A stretch of DNA of 63,643 nt, counting the filler, from Octopus bimaculoides (Eukaryota): NCBI RefSeq assembly GCF_001194135.2. It is 5 parts of 5 records of this genome, joined end to end, with 100 filler letters (N's around TTAATTAATTAA, not from the genome) between each part and the next. Parts side by side here need not be neighbours in the genome. Positions count along the whole stretch, not along the records: positions 25,574 to 42,236 come from NC_068991.1; positions 42,337 to 50,625 come from NC_068987.1; positions 50,726 to 62,413 come from NC_068982.1; 2 more parts are not named here. The stretch is one strand, 5' to 3'. Below the pieces are notes generated by a model. It was not told where the DNA came from. It did no database searches and saw nothing but the letters and a program-made list of their open reading frames with translations. A program made the position numbers and the translations under genes. Below, in pieces: positions 38,293 through 50,775 of the stretch; position 1 is the first letter of the stretch, and every line of letters begins with the position of its first letter.

Positions 38293-38675
38293 TTGTTGGC
38301 ATCCCGTCGCTTACGACGTCGAGTGTTCCAGTTGATCCGATCAACGGAACAGCCTGCTCGTGAAATTAACCTGCAAGTGGCTGAGCACTCCACAGACACG
38401 TGTACCCTTAACGTAGTTCTCGGGGATATTCAGCGTGACACAGTGTGACAAGGCTGACCCTTTGAATTACAGGCACAACAGAAACAGGAAGTAAGAGTGA
38501 GAGGAAGTTGTGGTGAAAGAGTACAGCAGGGTTCGTCACCATCCCCTGCTGAAGCCTCGTGGAGCTTTAGGTGTTTTCGTTCAATAAACACTCACAAAGC
38601 CCGGTCTGGGAATCGAAACTGCGATCTTATGACTACGAGTCCGCTGCTCTAACCACTGGGCCATTGCGCCTCCAT
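38293..38675 (-). mobile_element. SINE family D, full length
   Basis: Closely matches the reverse complement of 19524-19906. Confidence 0.88.
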
Positions 38676-38710
38676 ATTATAACTATATACACCTATATAT
38701 ATATAGATTT

Positions 38711-38958
38711 GTGGAGGCGCGTGGCTTAGTGGTTAGGGTGTCAGCATCATGATTGTAAGATTGTGGTTTCGATTCCTAGACCGGGCGACGCGTTGTGTTC
38801 TTGAGCAAAACACTTCATTTCACGTTGCTCCAGTTCACTCAGCTGGCAAAAATGAGTAACGCTGCGATGGACTGGCGTCCCGTCCAGCTGCGGAACACAT
38901 TCGCCATTGAAACCGGGAAACCGGGCCCATGAGCCTGGCTAGGCTTTAAAAGGGCGCA
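38711..38958 (+). mobile_element. SINE family A, full length
   Basis: gtggaggcgcgtggcttagtggttagg (A box), ggtttcgattcc (B box), gttcttgagcaaaacacttcatttcac (CORE-like). Confidence 0.85.
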
Positions 38959-39971
38959 ATTATATATAGAATATTATATATACATTTATATTTATATNNN
39001 NNNNNNNNNNNNNNNNNNNNNNNNNNNNNNNNNNNNNNNNNNNNNNNNNNNNNNNNNNNNNNNNNNNNNNNNNNNNNNNNNNNNNNNNNNNNNNNNNNNN
39101 NNNNNNNNNNNNNNNNNNNNNNNNNNNNNNNNNNNNNNNNNNNNNNNNNNNNNNNNNNNNNNNNNNNNNNNNNNNNNNNNNNNNNNNNNNNNNNNNNNNN
39201 NNNNNNNNNNNNNNNNNNNNNNNNNNNNNNNNNNNNNNNNNNNNNNNNNNNNNNNNNNNNNNNNNNNNNNNNNNNNNNNNNNNNNNNNNNNNNNNNNNNN
39301 NNNNNNNNNNNNNNNNNNNNNNNNNNNNNNNNNNNNNNNNNNNNNNNNNNNNNNNNNNNNNNNNNNNNNNNNNNNNNNNNNNNNNNNNNNNNNNNNNNNN
39401 NNNNNNNNNNNNNNNNNNNNNNNNNNNNNNNNNNNNNNNNNNNNNNNNNNNNNNNNNNNNNNNNNNNNNNNNNNNNNNNNNNNNNNNNNNNNNNNNNNNN
39501 NNNNNNNNNNNNNNNNNNNNNNNNNNNNNNNNNNNNNNNNNNNNNNNNNNNNNNNNNNNNNNNNNNNNNNNNNNNNNNNNNNNNNNNNNNNNNNNNNNNN
39601 NNNNNNNNNNNNNNNNNNNNNNNNNNNNNNNNNNNNNNNNNNNNNNNNNNNNNNNNNNNNNNNNNNNNNNNNNNNNNNNNNNNNNNNNNNNNNNNNNNNN
39701 NNNNNNNNNNNNNNNNNNNNNNNNNNNNNNNNNNNNNNNNNNNNNNNNNNNNNNNNNNNNNNNNNNNNNNNNNNNNNNNNNNNNNNNNNNNNNNNNNNNN
39801 NNNNNNNNNNNNNNNNNNNNNNNNNNNNNNNNNNNNNNNNNNNNNNNNNNNNNNNNNNNNNNNNNNNNNNNNNNNNNNNNNNNNNNNNNNNNNNNNNNNN
39901 NNNNNNNNNNNNNNNNNNNNNNNNNNNNNNNNNNNNNNNNNNNNNNNNNNNNNNNNNNNNNNNNNNNNNNN

Positions 39972-40029
<58 letters not shown>

Positions 40030-40536
40030 GCATGTATCTATGTGTATATGTCAACCTCTGTACGTCGATATATTAGTTATGAATCAGATAAGAAGAGGTT
40101 TTTAGTACAGACTTTCTTTAATGCAGCTAGGGCGGGAAGGATTAGAGTTAATCGTTAAATCCTTGATACGTGATCCTGAAATATGGAGCACAATAAAAAA
40201 CAAAAAGAGATGGGACAGGATCGATCCTCGTCCGTCAAGTAGATCACGTGCTTTGGTAGCAGTTTACTCAATCTGAAGAGCCATGCTCCAGTGTAAAAAC
40301 GTTAAATGGGGAAGAGAAGAAGTAGCGAATTTGTGATCCAGTTTTAACTGTTGTTTAACCCTAGGTCTATTAAAAGTGGTCTAGCATTGACCACAATTTA
40401 CGGTTTCTTCAATTTTACAGGAAATTCTCGTTGCTAGAATTGCTCGGGCGCGGTTTTAGTTTAGGTCTTGGGATTGCATTCCGGGTACATGTGATGTCTA
40501 GTCGTAGTCTTTGCTCTGCTGAACGCTTTCTGATAT

Positions 40537-40583
<47 letters not shown>

Positions 40584-40610
40584 GCTGTTGTTGTTGTTGT
40601 TGTTGTTGAT
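40537..40610. repeat. (GTT)n microsatellite
   Basis: Direct reading. Confidence 0.95.
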
Positions 40611-42187
40611 GTTTATCACTTATATGAACGATTATGATCGAAGTTATGATCGAAATTACTCCAGAGTTGTGGTGGTCTTAACATCACTAGCATCTAGGAC
40701 AACNNNNNNNNNNNNNNNNNNNNNNNNNNNNNNNNNNNNNNNNNNNNNNNNNNNNNNNNNNNNNNNNNNNNNNNNNNNNNNNNNNNNNNNNNNNNNNNNN
40801 NNNNNNNNNNNNNNNNNNNNNNNNNNNNNNNNNNNNNNNNNNNNNNNNNNNNNNNNNNNNNNNNNNNNNNNNNNNNNNNNNNNNNNNNNNNNNNNNNNNN
40901 NNNNNNNNNNNNNNNNNNNNNNNNNNNNNNNNNNNNNNNNNNNNNNNNNNNNNNNNNNNNNNNNNNNNNNNNNNNNNNNNNNNNNNNNNNNNNNNNNNNN
41001 NNNNNNNNNNNNNNNNNNNNNNNNNNNNNNNNNNNNNNNNNNNNNNNNNNNNNNNNNNNNNNNNNNNNNNNNNNNNNNNNNNNNNNNNNNNNNNNNNNNN
41101 NNNNNNNNNNNNNNNNNNNNNNNNNNNNNNNNNNNNNNNNNNNNNNNNNNNNNNNNNNNNNNNNNNNNNNNNNNNNNNNNNNNNNNNNNNNNNNNNNNNN
41201 NNNNNNNNNNNNNNNNNNNNNNNNNNNNNNNNNNNNNNNNNNNNNNNNNNNNNNNNNNNNNNNNNNNNNNNNNNNNNNNNNNNNNNNNNNNNNNNNNNNN
41301 NNNNNNNNNNNNNNNNNNNNNNNNNNNNNNNNNNNNNNNNNNNNNNNNNNNNNNNNNNNNNNNNNNNNNNNNNNNNNNACTACTACTACTACTACTACCA
41401 CCACCACCATCACCCCCCCCCCACCACCGTCACCAAAAGCACCAACACTATCTCTGCTAATACCAAAACGCTATTAGTACTAGCCACACTATACTATCAC
41501 CACCACAACCACCACCACCACCACCATTATCATCATCATCATCATCATCATCATCACTTCTAGTACTGCACAAGTACAAGAACACCCCGCCACCACCACC
41601 ACCACCACCACAACAACAACAATCATCACTAACAATAAGAACAACAACAAGAGGAATAATGTCAAACCAATTTGCAAGCAACTACAACAGCAACAACAAC
41701 AAGAATAAATACAATACAGCACGCTGGATATATAAACCCAATAACGTTTACATTTATAATTTAATTAACTGTTGTTTGGTTAATTAGTTAATTAACTGGC
41801 TTTGTTAGCACTTGCTTAAGCTAATCTGCTTCAGCTACATCAACTTACACACAAACACACACACAAACACATATAATATATAAATACACACAGACACACA
41901 CACACACACATATATATATGTCATACACACACACACACACACACATATATGTATCTATATATACACTCAGATTTATACATCCCCATTCAGTTACGCCTAC
42001 TTTAAGGTTTCCTTAACAATTAAATCCTGATGCGATCAAACTATTATTTGTGCCGCTTTATCAACGTTTCATTAACAAACGGTCTTACATCGTTCTCATG
42101 ATGACAACGCCATACTGAGAACTCATTAGCTACCTCAATATTATGTTTCATTACTGAATCGCATTATGTGTATGTGTATATTATATG

Positions 42188-42236
<49 letters not shown>

Positions 42237-42336
42237 NNNNNNNNNNNNNNNNNNNNNNNNNNNNNNNNNNNNNNNNNNNNTTAATTAATTAANNNNNNNN
42301 NNNNNNNNNNNNNNNNNNNNNNNNNNNNNNNNNNNN

Positions 42337-42370
<34 letters not shown>

Positions 42371-43398
42371 AAAGATTATCTGCATGTATAATTTCAAATA
42401 TACATATATAGATCTATACATACATATGTAAGCCTGCCTGTGCGTGGGTGTATATGTGTATGATCTCATAAAACCTATTAATTATCACCATGAAGTGATC
42501 GATACGATCTTTTAAAAATACATCACTTTCGAGCATAACCCTATCATTCACTGAATCAATCGTTATGCGGCAAGTGATGCAGGATAAGGCGGGGTGTCCC
42601 ACTGATTCATGGTTGCAATATTGTTTATAGTCGCTAATAGCCCTCACCTGAAATCGATAAGTTGAAGCAGAAAATATCATATGCCATCTGATACTGTCTA
42701 TTTTAATATATTTAAATCGGGTTTGATGAAAATGATATGCTCACCTCCTGTGAAACACTCCCTTTCTTCATCTCCCTGTTTTCTTATTTATCATGCTCTC
42801 TCAGTTTTTCTTACTCGCTTGATCTATCTATTGATTGAGGCTCCTTTCTCTGTTTATTCCAATTTTTCTTCGGAATATAAACATATGTAAAGCATATACA
42901 TAAATACATAAAACATACACACACACGCACCCACGCATACGCACACACATCTACACATCTACATGCATACATGCATATATATATATATANNNNNNNNNNN
43001 NNNNNNNNNNNNNNNNNNNNNNNNNNNNNNNNNNNNNNNNNNNNNNNNNNNNNNNNNNNNNNNNNNNNNNNNNNNNNNNNNNNNNNNNNNNNNNNNNNNN
43101 NNNNNNNNNNNNNNNNNNNNNNNNNNNNNNNNNNNNNNNNNNNNNNNNNNNNNNNNNNNNNNNNNNNNNNNNNNNNNNNNNNNNNNNNNNNNNNNNNNNN
43201 NNNNNNNNNNNNNNNNNNNNNNNNNNNNNNNNNNNNNNNNNNNNNNNNNNNNNNNNNNNNNNNNNNNNNNNNNNNNNNNNNNNNNNNNNNNNNNNNNNNN
43301 NNNNNNNNNNNNNNNNNNNNNNNNNNNNNNNNNNNNNNNNNNNNNNNNNNNNNNNNNNNNNNNNNNNNNNNNNNNNNNNNNNNNNNNNNNNNNNNNNN

Positions 43399-43440
<42 letters not shown>

Positions 43441-43527
43441 TGAGAATTTATAAAAAATGAAAAGACGAAGACGGGTGTGTAAACAACAAACAGATGTATT
43501 AGTTTGACGCTCGGGAAGTCAGACAGT

Positions 43528-43563
43528 CTTTTACGTTTCGAGCCTACGCACTTCGACAGAAAG
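43528..43563 (-). ncRNA. Minimal type I hammerhead ribozyme (PLE type), variant core
   Basis: CUUU-CUGUCGA-A-GUGC GUAG GCUC-GAAA-C GUA-AAAG: stem I CUUU/AAAG, palindromic ACGU stem III, GUA triplet; A6 is U and stem II has a U-U mismatch. Confidence 0.7.
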
Positions 43564-45185
43564 GAACACAGAAATAAACAGGGAGAGAAAATAATAAACG
43601 TTTAGTGGCAGCTATCTATCATGGGGAATGACGGACAGAGAGGTCACACTGGAGACCTTGGAAGAAGGGGAGATAATAAAGTAGTAGTGATGCCAAAATG
43701 AAGGTGCGCGTACGGAGTTTGTGAGAGCGAGTATGTGCGTGTCGAATGGGGCTGGTGGCCTTGACTTGTATGTGTGTGCATGTGTAGGTGTGTGGATGAT
43801 GGTGTGGGTGCTGGAAAATGGTTTGTACCAGTGTGCGCGGGGTGGTGTGATGTGGCATAGTGTGGTGGCGTGTTGTATGGTGTGGTGGTTTCGGGGTGTG
43901 GGTGAGGCGAGTGTGGGGGAAGTAAGGGTGGGTTGTAAGGGATGGTGTGATTGATAGAATGCATAGAGATGGCGGGGTTGAGATGTGTAGGGTTGGGTAA
44001 TGTGGGACGGGATGATGATGACAGGAGAGGGTGGAAGGGAGAGGTGGGTAAGAGTGAAGAGGGGAAGTAGGTGTGAAAGCAAGAGAGGAGAGATGGGTGG
44101 GAGGAAGTAGGAGAGAGAGGAAGAGAAAAAGGAGGAGGAGGAGGGTTACATGAAAAGGGGAGGAGAGTTGAGCCCAGCTGACGCAGAGGATCGAAGAGAG
44201 AAGATTAATCCCCGTTCACGACGAAGACGGGAGTTTAGATGGCCCCTGTGCAAAGACAGTCCGAACACAGGTGTTGTAAAGAATGACCAGTAGAGTGGAA
44301 CTGACGCGAGACCGGGGTGTCTTTGCCGAGTATGATGTCTCGGAGGTGTTCCGTGAACCAGTCAGCCAAGCGGCGTCCCATTTGACCGATGTATAGAGAA
44401 GGACAGAGAGATGTAGTAGATGACATTGCTAAAAGTGCAGGTGAAGGAGTCAGTGATATGAAAGGGTCGATGATGGGTGCCTGTGAGGAGGGTGGTATTG
44501 AAGAGGTAAGGGCAAATGCGGCAGCGTGGGTGGGAGCAGGAAACGAGCCGGGTCGGGAAGTTGGGTTAGGGAAGAAGCTGTGGAGCAAGAGGTCTCGTGG
44601 GATCGTTTGAAGGAGGGGCGGGTCAGTTAGGGAAGATGTGCGCAATGGAGGGATCGGATTGAAGTCGCCGGAAGACTCGAAGAATGGTGCGTTGGAGAGG
44701 TAGGGCGGGTGGGTGGTAAGTGAGGGGAAACGGGAGACGGGTGATGGCGGGGTGGGTGCGAGGAGAAAGAGCAGATACACAGTCCACAGAACATGCTCTG
44801 GCAAGGGCGGTGTGGATAGTGGTGAGAGGATATCCAATCCATGTAGGATGAAGTGGTGAGCTATGAGTTGAGGCTGAGTCTCAAATCATGGTTGTCAATG
44901 CAGACCCAGCGTAGACGGTGGAATTGGGGATAGGGGATTGAGAGCTTGTGTTTAGGGTGGAAGGAGGTGAAGTGGAGGTATGAGTGTAATTCTGTGTGTT
45001 TGTAATGGATTGAGGTGGTGAGAGTGGAGTGATGAGGGCTGACAGAAATGTCGAGAAAGGCGACTGAAATGTCGGAAATAGTGCAGGAGAAGTGGAGGGC
45101 AGGATAGAAAGATTTGACAAAAGAGACGAAGGAGATGTTCACGAGAGAGTGAGGTCGCACCGATACTGTCGTCAATGTAACGACC

Positions 45186-45410
45186 CACCCACACCATCAT
45201 ACACACACTTGCACATGCACACACGCACACGTCAAGGGCACCAGCCCCCTTCCACACGCAGATACACGTTCTCACATACACACACACACGCACCTTCATT
45301 CTGGCATCACTACTACTTTATTATCTCCCTGTCTTCCTATCTCTCTTGTGTGACCTGTCTGTCCGGCATTCGACATGATAGATGGCTGCCACTAAACCTT
45401 TATTATTTTC
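45186..45410 (+). repeat. Antisense copy of the PLE pLTR inside the RT
   Basis: About 225 bp, roughly 80% identical by eye to the reverse complement of 43587-43810. Confidence 0.88.
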
Positions 45411-46399
45411 AGCAGTGGAACCAGTGAAACTTGAGGGAGTATAAGGGCATCAACGTAGCCAATGAACAGGTTCGCATAGATGCGGCCCATTATCGATCCA
45501 ATGACTACACCCGAGAAATGCTGGTAAAAATCACCCGCAAACGAGAAGAGGCAACGGAATTTGCCGAAATTGACCGGTCGATAATTTTTCGGGCGATTAT
45601 AGTCCCCGTCAGTGTATATGTATACACTTATGTGCTTTGACTACTTCATTAGAATATCTTAGAACTTATTTCTAGTTATGTAGGTGTTTCTAACACCCTA
45701 GTCACATTTAGCGGCATATATAGTTTTCTTTTTATAGAAAACATTGCAGACTGCCGTCTGTATAAATTTCATGTATGTATGTATGTATGTATGTATGTAT
45801 GTATGTATGTATATAACGTAATAACAACTTGACTCAATTTCCATTGGACTTCATATATAAAGGCATTTTACTGAATTATATGATGAGTATAGTGCAGTAA
45901 TACATCGTGCTTGAGTTCGTTCTTTCCACGTTCTTGCATAAACCTCTTGCTTGCAGTTCTCTCCTTGCTTACCTAATGATTAGCTGGGAAGCAATTTAAT
46001 ATATAAGTATGCAAGCCAGTAATGGAAATCCCTCTCATCACATAATTGTGCGGATACTCGTAGCTTATTACACTAACTGTGCTCTTTGTGTACCCAGTGC
46101 TTATTAGGCAAATATTGTAGGAGCAGCATCGGCATCCAAAATACATTTTATAGACCTTACCGTCGATATGCATTTGCACCTATCAACTGCTGCATAGTCC
46201 TGAATATCAGAAAGCTTCTGACTGAAGAAGTACATCCTGTGACAAATAAACGAGAAAAACACATGCGTGTGGTAGTTTTTAAAGTGATATTTAATATGCT
46301 AGATTAAATGCCCTGCGCTGTAAATGTCCCACGCTGCGTGTATCATTTTCAGAATCATAACGGATAACCTGTAAACACATGAAAAGTATCTCCCTCTAT

Positions 46400-46454
46400 C
46401 TCTCTCTGTTTCTATCTATCTATCTATGTATCTATCTATCTATCTATCTATCTA

Positions 46455-46485
<31 letters not shown>

Positions 46486-46612
46486 GACTGTCTAGCTGTT
46501 TATTTATCTACCTACCTACCTACCTACCTACCTACCTACCTACCTACCTACCTACCTACCTACCTTCCTACCCACCTACCTGGCCTGCCTGCCTTCCTGC
46601 CAGACTGCCTGC
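46400..46612. repeat. Compound tetranucleotide (TATC)-(TGTC)-(TACC)-(TGCC)
   Basis: Direct reading. Confidence 0.9.
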
Positions 46613-48074
46613 NNNNNNNNNNNNNNNNNNNNNNNNNNNNNNNNNNNNNNNNNNNNNNNNNNNNNNNNNNNNNNNNNNNNNNNNNNNNNNNNNNNNNNNN
46701 NNNNNNNNNNNNNNNNNNNNNNNNNNNNNNNNNNNNNNNNNNNNNNNNNNNNNNNNNNNNNNNNNNNNNNNNNNNNNNNNNNNNNNNNNNNNNNNNNNNN
46801 NNNNNNNNNNNNNNNNNNNNNNNNNNNNNNNNNNNNNNNNNNNNNNNNNNNNNNNNNNNNNNNNNNNNNNNNNNNNNNNNNNNNNNNNNNNNNNNNNNNN
46901 NNNNNNNNNNNNNNNNNNNNNNNNNNNNNNNNNNNNNNNNNNNNNNNNNNNNNNNNNNNNNNNNNNNNNNNNNNNNNNNNNNNNNNNNNNNNNNNNNNNN
47001 NNNNNNNNNNNNNNNNNNNNNNNNNNNNNNNNNNNNNNNNNNNNNNNNNNNNNNNNNNNNNNNNNNNNNNNNNNNNNNNNNNNNNNNNNNNNNNNNNNNN
47101 NNNNNNNNNNNNNNNNNNNNNNNNNNNNNNNNNNNNNNNNNNNNNNNNNNNNNNNNNNNNNNNNNNNNNNNNNNNNNNNNNNNNNNNNNNNNNNNNNNNN
47201 NNNNNNNNNNNNNNNNNNNNNNNNNNNNNATTGGAGTCCATATTAATTTCTCTTCAGGGAGTTCATAATAAAACATGTAATAGCAAGACAGAAACGAAAT
47301 AATGGGGTAACTTACGAGCTGAGATGTTACATGGTCAGTGACCGTTAGAAGGTTTCCTTATCTTATTATCCATATCTTCTCAAAATGTATCACTTTAACT
47401 CGGTATATCAACCTGTAAAGCGGCTGGGATATCTTGTTTTTTAGTGTAATTTTGCTACCTCTGGTAACTATTAACGTATTCAAATTATCTAAAGTTTTAA
47501 TAACTGAGATAATATTAATTTATACATAAACTAATATATATATATATATATATATATAATCAAATTAAAACATAGGGTAAAAAATCATATATTAATTAAT
47601 ATCGATTTATTACCAAGAAGCTAAGAAAAAAATATCTGAGATATTAGGGGTTAAAGTATATGTTTATATATAACGATGACCACTAAAGTGGACATTTAGA
47701 TCACATGTTGTGTCTACTAAGACCTAATGGTTCTCAAACGAAATTCAGCGAAATACCAAAACGTATGCGGCAAGATAGTGAAAATTACATAAATAAAACA
47801 TTATTATTCGTGGAATGGTTTCGAATTTAACACTCTTACCGAATGTCTGCTTCTCCTCAGCGCGAACTGTAAGGGAATCGTAATTCTCAGAATCCTATAC
47901 AAGTTGTTCACCTCCAGAGGCAAACATGTATATGGTTCTGCTAATTACAACCTAATGGTAAAAATCAAAAGTCTTCGTTTTGGCGCGATATATATATATA
48001 TATATATATATATAAGCAATGTTAATTCTCTAAATGAAGTATTAACAGTAACTGCACGATAAAGTGTAGTATAT

Positions 48075-48261
48075 TACCACTTAAGTGTGGCTGACCCCTA
48101 GGGGTGGATGTTACTGTTGCTTTTAGCCCCAGGAGGACATCTCCTCCAGCTGGCTTATCGACACACGACTGTGTCCTGTTTGCCAAGGGAAGTTATCCCT
48201 CTCACCTCGATCTGCAGCACGAACGTTCGTGCTGCAGATCGAGGTGAGAGGGATAACTTCC
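48075..48261. repeat. GC-rich structured repeat ending in a perfect 74-bp palindrome at a gap edge
   Basis: 48188-48224 is the exact reverse complement of 48225-48261 with zero spacer; core 48106-48136 is homologous to the reverse complement of 4845-4873. Confidence 0.75.
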
Positions 48262-50726
48262 NNNNNNNNNNNNNNNNNNNNNNNNNNNNNNNNNNNNNNN
48301 NNNNNNNNNNNNNNNNNNNNNNNNNNNNNNNNNNNNNNNNNNNNNNNNNNNNNNNNNNNNNNNNNNNNNNNNNNNNNNNNNNNNNNNNNNNNNNNNNNNN
48401 NNNNNNNNNNNNNNNNNNNNNNNNNNNNNNNNNNNNNNNNNNNNNNNNNNNNNNNNNNNNNNNNNNNNNNNNNNNNNNNNNNNNNNNATATATATATATA
48501 TAATGTGTGTGTAGAGTTGTGTACAAGCATGTTTTAATCATCATAACCATTAAATCAATTTCATTGATCTCGTAGAATTAGTAAAGCTATATTTAATTGG
48601 TTATCGTTAACTTAGTTTATTTGGGTGTTTCCTGTGTAGTAAATTAGATTTATCGATAAATCAACCTACTGGAAATTTCTGTGATTTCCCAATGAATAAA
48701 TGTTACTATATCATATTGATATTATTAGTCTAAGGCACATCGAAAGCCATTAGTACTAGATTGTGAGAAATCATATGTAGTTAATCACTCTTTCATTAAT
48801 ACTTATATCTAACGGAATGACAAGATGAAAAATTTGTTTCATCATACCATGCATATTAGTGGTAAATTCAAAGCAAGGTGGAGTTAATTTTAATTGATTC
48901 TGTTATTCGTTAACACAAGTATTACATTTATGACGGCTTAATTTTATAGACAGATTGTTTATTATCATTTCCATTGGGAGATCCCTGTGTCTCTTCTGTA
49001 TATATTTGATTACTTGAATATTTCAGATATATATGAAGTTCCCACAAGTTCTCTAAGATAAACGCAACCTTCAGTTCTACAAATGTACACTGTGAAGTAT
49101 CAACACTGTGATCCCTTTTTATTAATAATTTTCTACTTTGGAATAACACTGTGATCCCTTTTTATATATAATTTACTAATTTGTAATAAAGTGTTTTACT
49201 CCGAAGAGGGGATTTAACTGTGGTATTAGGGCATTAGTGAATTGTATTTGGATAATGCAATATGAAATAAACAACCTCACCATCGAACGATGATATATTT
49301 TAGTGGGAAATATATAATTTAAAAAGAAATGTTTAGGTATAGTAAAACTAAAAATATATTTCTAGAATTCTCCTGTATGTTGTATTTCAATCAGCACTTA
49401 CTTAATATTCTGTGATAGTTATAAATATATGAAAATATTCAGTAAACTAGATGAGTTCAAATTAGTTGTTTTGCGATCAGCTAGTTAGTGTTCTGCAAGT
49501 AAAGACATCTACGTGCCTTCAGTTATCTGTGGAAGTTATTTGGCACCGCTTGCATAGGGATGAAGAGGGCTAATATGGCAGGTTTTCTACCACCACCTTT
49601 GCATTGGTTTCTTTTGGCTAATATGCTGTAGAAGTGTAACCGCTTAACATTGCAATCATTCCTTTCCTAGATACATTATAAGTGGAATTGCTTTGACCAG
49701 AACTGGGGACTTCATGGAAGTCGTACGAGAATGCGTTTTACTAACTACATTTTTGCCACATCGATTGTACTTTTTTTTTCCATTATACAGAAGAAATTAT
49801 GATATACTGCATGAATTATACCATCAATGACACTTAAGGAAACGATCATTAACCTTCTTTTAGACATATATATCAAACAAAAGGCCCATCTGTCAAGTTA
49901 TAATCTTACAATGCATTTTGGGTTCTATTTTAAGATCCATTTTATTCGAAACAATTAAACAAATTTCTCCGTTTCACGTTATTTGCTCCGGTTGGCATTA
50001 AAGGGATAAGACAAATCGAGTAACAAAGCATCTCATTTACGTTCAATAGCGATTGTGACGTAGTGATTGTAGCAATATGGTGAAATGATGGAATGTTCAT
50101 GAATTTTTTCTTTCGATTCTATTGACTAATTTTCAGCCAAAGACGGGTGATGTGAGAGTTACTTTATATGCATGGGGAATTAATAGATGTTAGTTATATC
50201 ACTGCTTAAATAATTTCCTATTTACTTAACAGTGCCTGTTTCAGATTCTTGTCTCTCAAACACAAATCGATAATATTCGTTTCATCGTTCAAATTTGCTT
50301 GCAAAAATCGATAAGATATAAGACAATGGAAATGAGATCTATAATGTATACCGATAGAACTATTTTGAATATTTGATTTAACGTAAGCAATAATTTTATC
50401 GTCGGTGAATGTGGCCACAAATATAAAACAGAAAGTCTTATGTAATATATTTCCGCTAAGAGCATGAAAATGTGATTCTGTGATTAGCTTTGCATATTTC
50501 TCGACAGCTACACCTCCATTTCGCAATACAATTGAATAATAATCACAATTTCCCATGATACCTTAGAGAATAATTTAATGTTTTTGTTCGGATTTGTGAA
50601 GGAAATATATTTATGGAGAATATATNNNNNNNNNNNNNNNNNNNNNNNNNNNNNNNNNNNNNNNNNNNNTTAATTAATTAANNNNNNNNNNNNNNNNNNN
50701 NNNNNNNNNNNNNNNNNNNNNNNNNC

Positions 50727-50775
<49 letters not shown>

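Larger units (their letters stand above)
43455..45550 (-). mobile_element. Penelope-like element (PLE), 5'-truncated, with 3' pLTR
   Basis: RT FSFAGDFYQHFSGVVIGSIMGRIYANLFIGYVD (45430-45545), GRYIDDSIG (about 45160-45187), FLDISV...SIHYKHT...YLHFTSFHPKH..SIPYPQFHRLR; GIY-YIG CPSLYIGQMGRRLADWFTEHLRD...PVSRQF; RRERGLIFSL....AGLN, stop at 44146-44148; long C/T-rich 3' region and hammerhead. Confidence 0.9.

Noticed and set aside
40272-40310. CTGAAGA...AAAACGTTA hammerhead-like string
   Set aside because: No GAAA box, stem II or stem I.
40420-40540. + strand acceptor followed by KFSLLELLGRGFSLG (kinase-like) as partner for the 26.7-kb exon
   Set aside because: Not a true GxGxxG loop; the frame runs into (GTT)n with no donor.
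45431-45640. Protein-looking + strand ORF (REYKGINVANEQVRIDAAHY...)
   Set aside because: It is the antisense frame of the PLE RT segment.
48089-48162. Assignment as an HDV-like, twister or pistol ribozyme
   Set aside because: No HDV L3/P1.1 pattern; a twister mapping lacks the P4 5' strand; the pistol P1-loop pairing is absent. Kept only as an unassigned motif.
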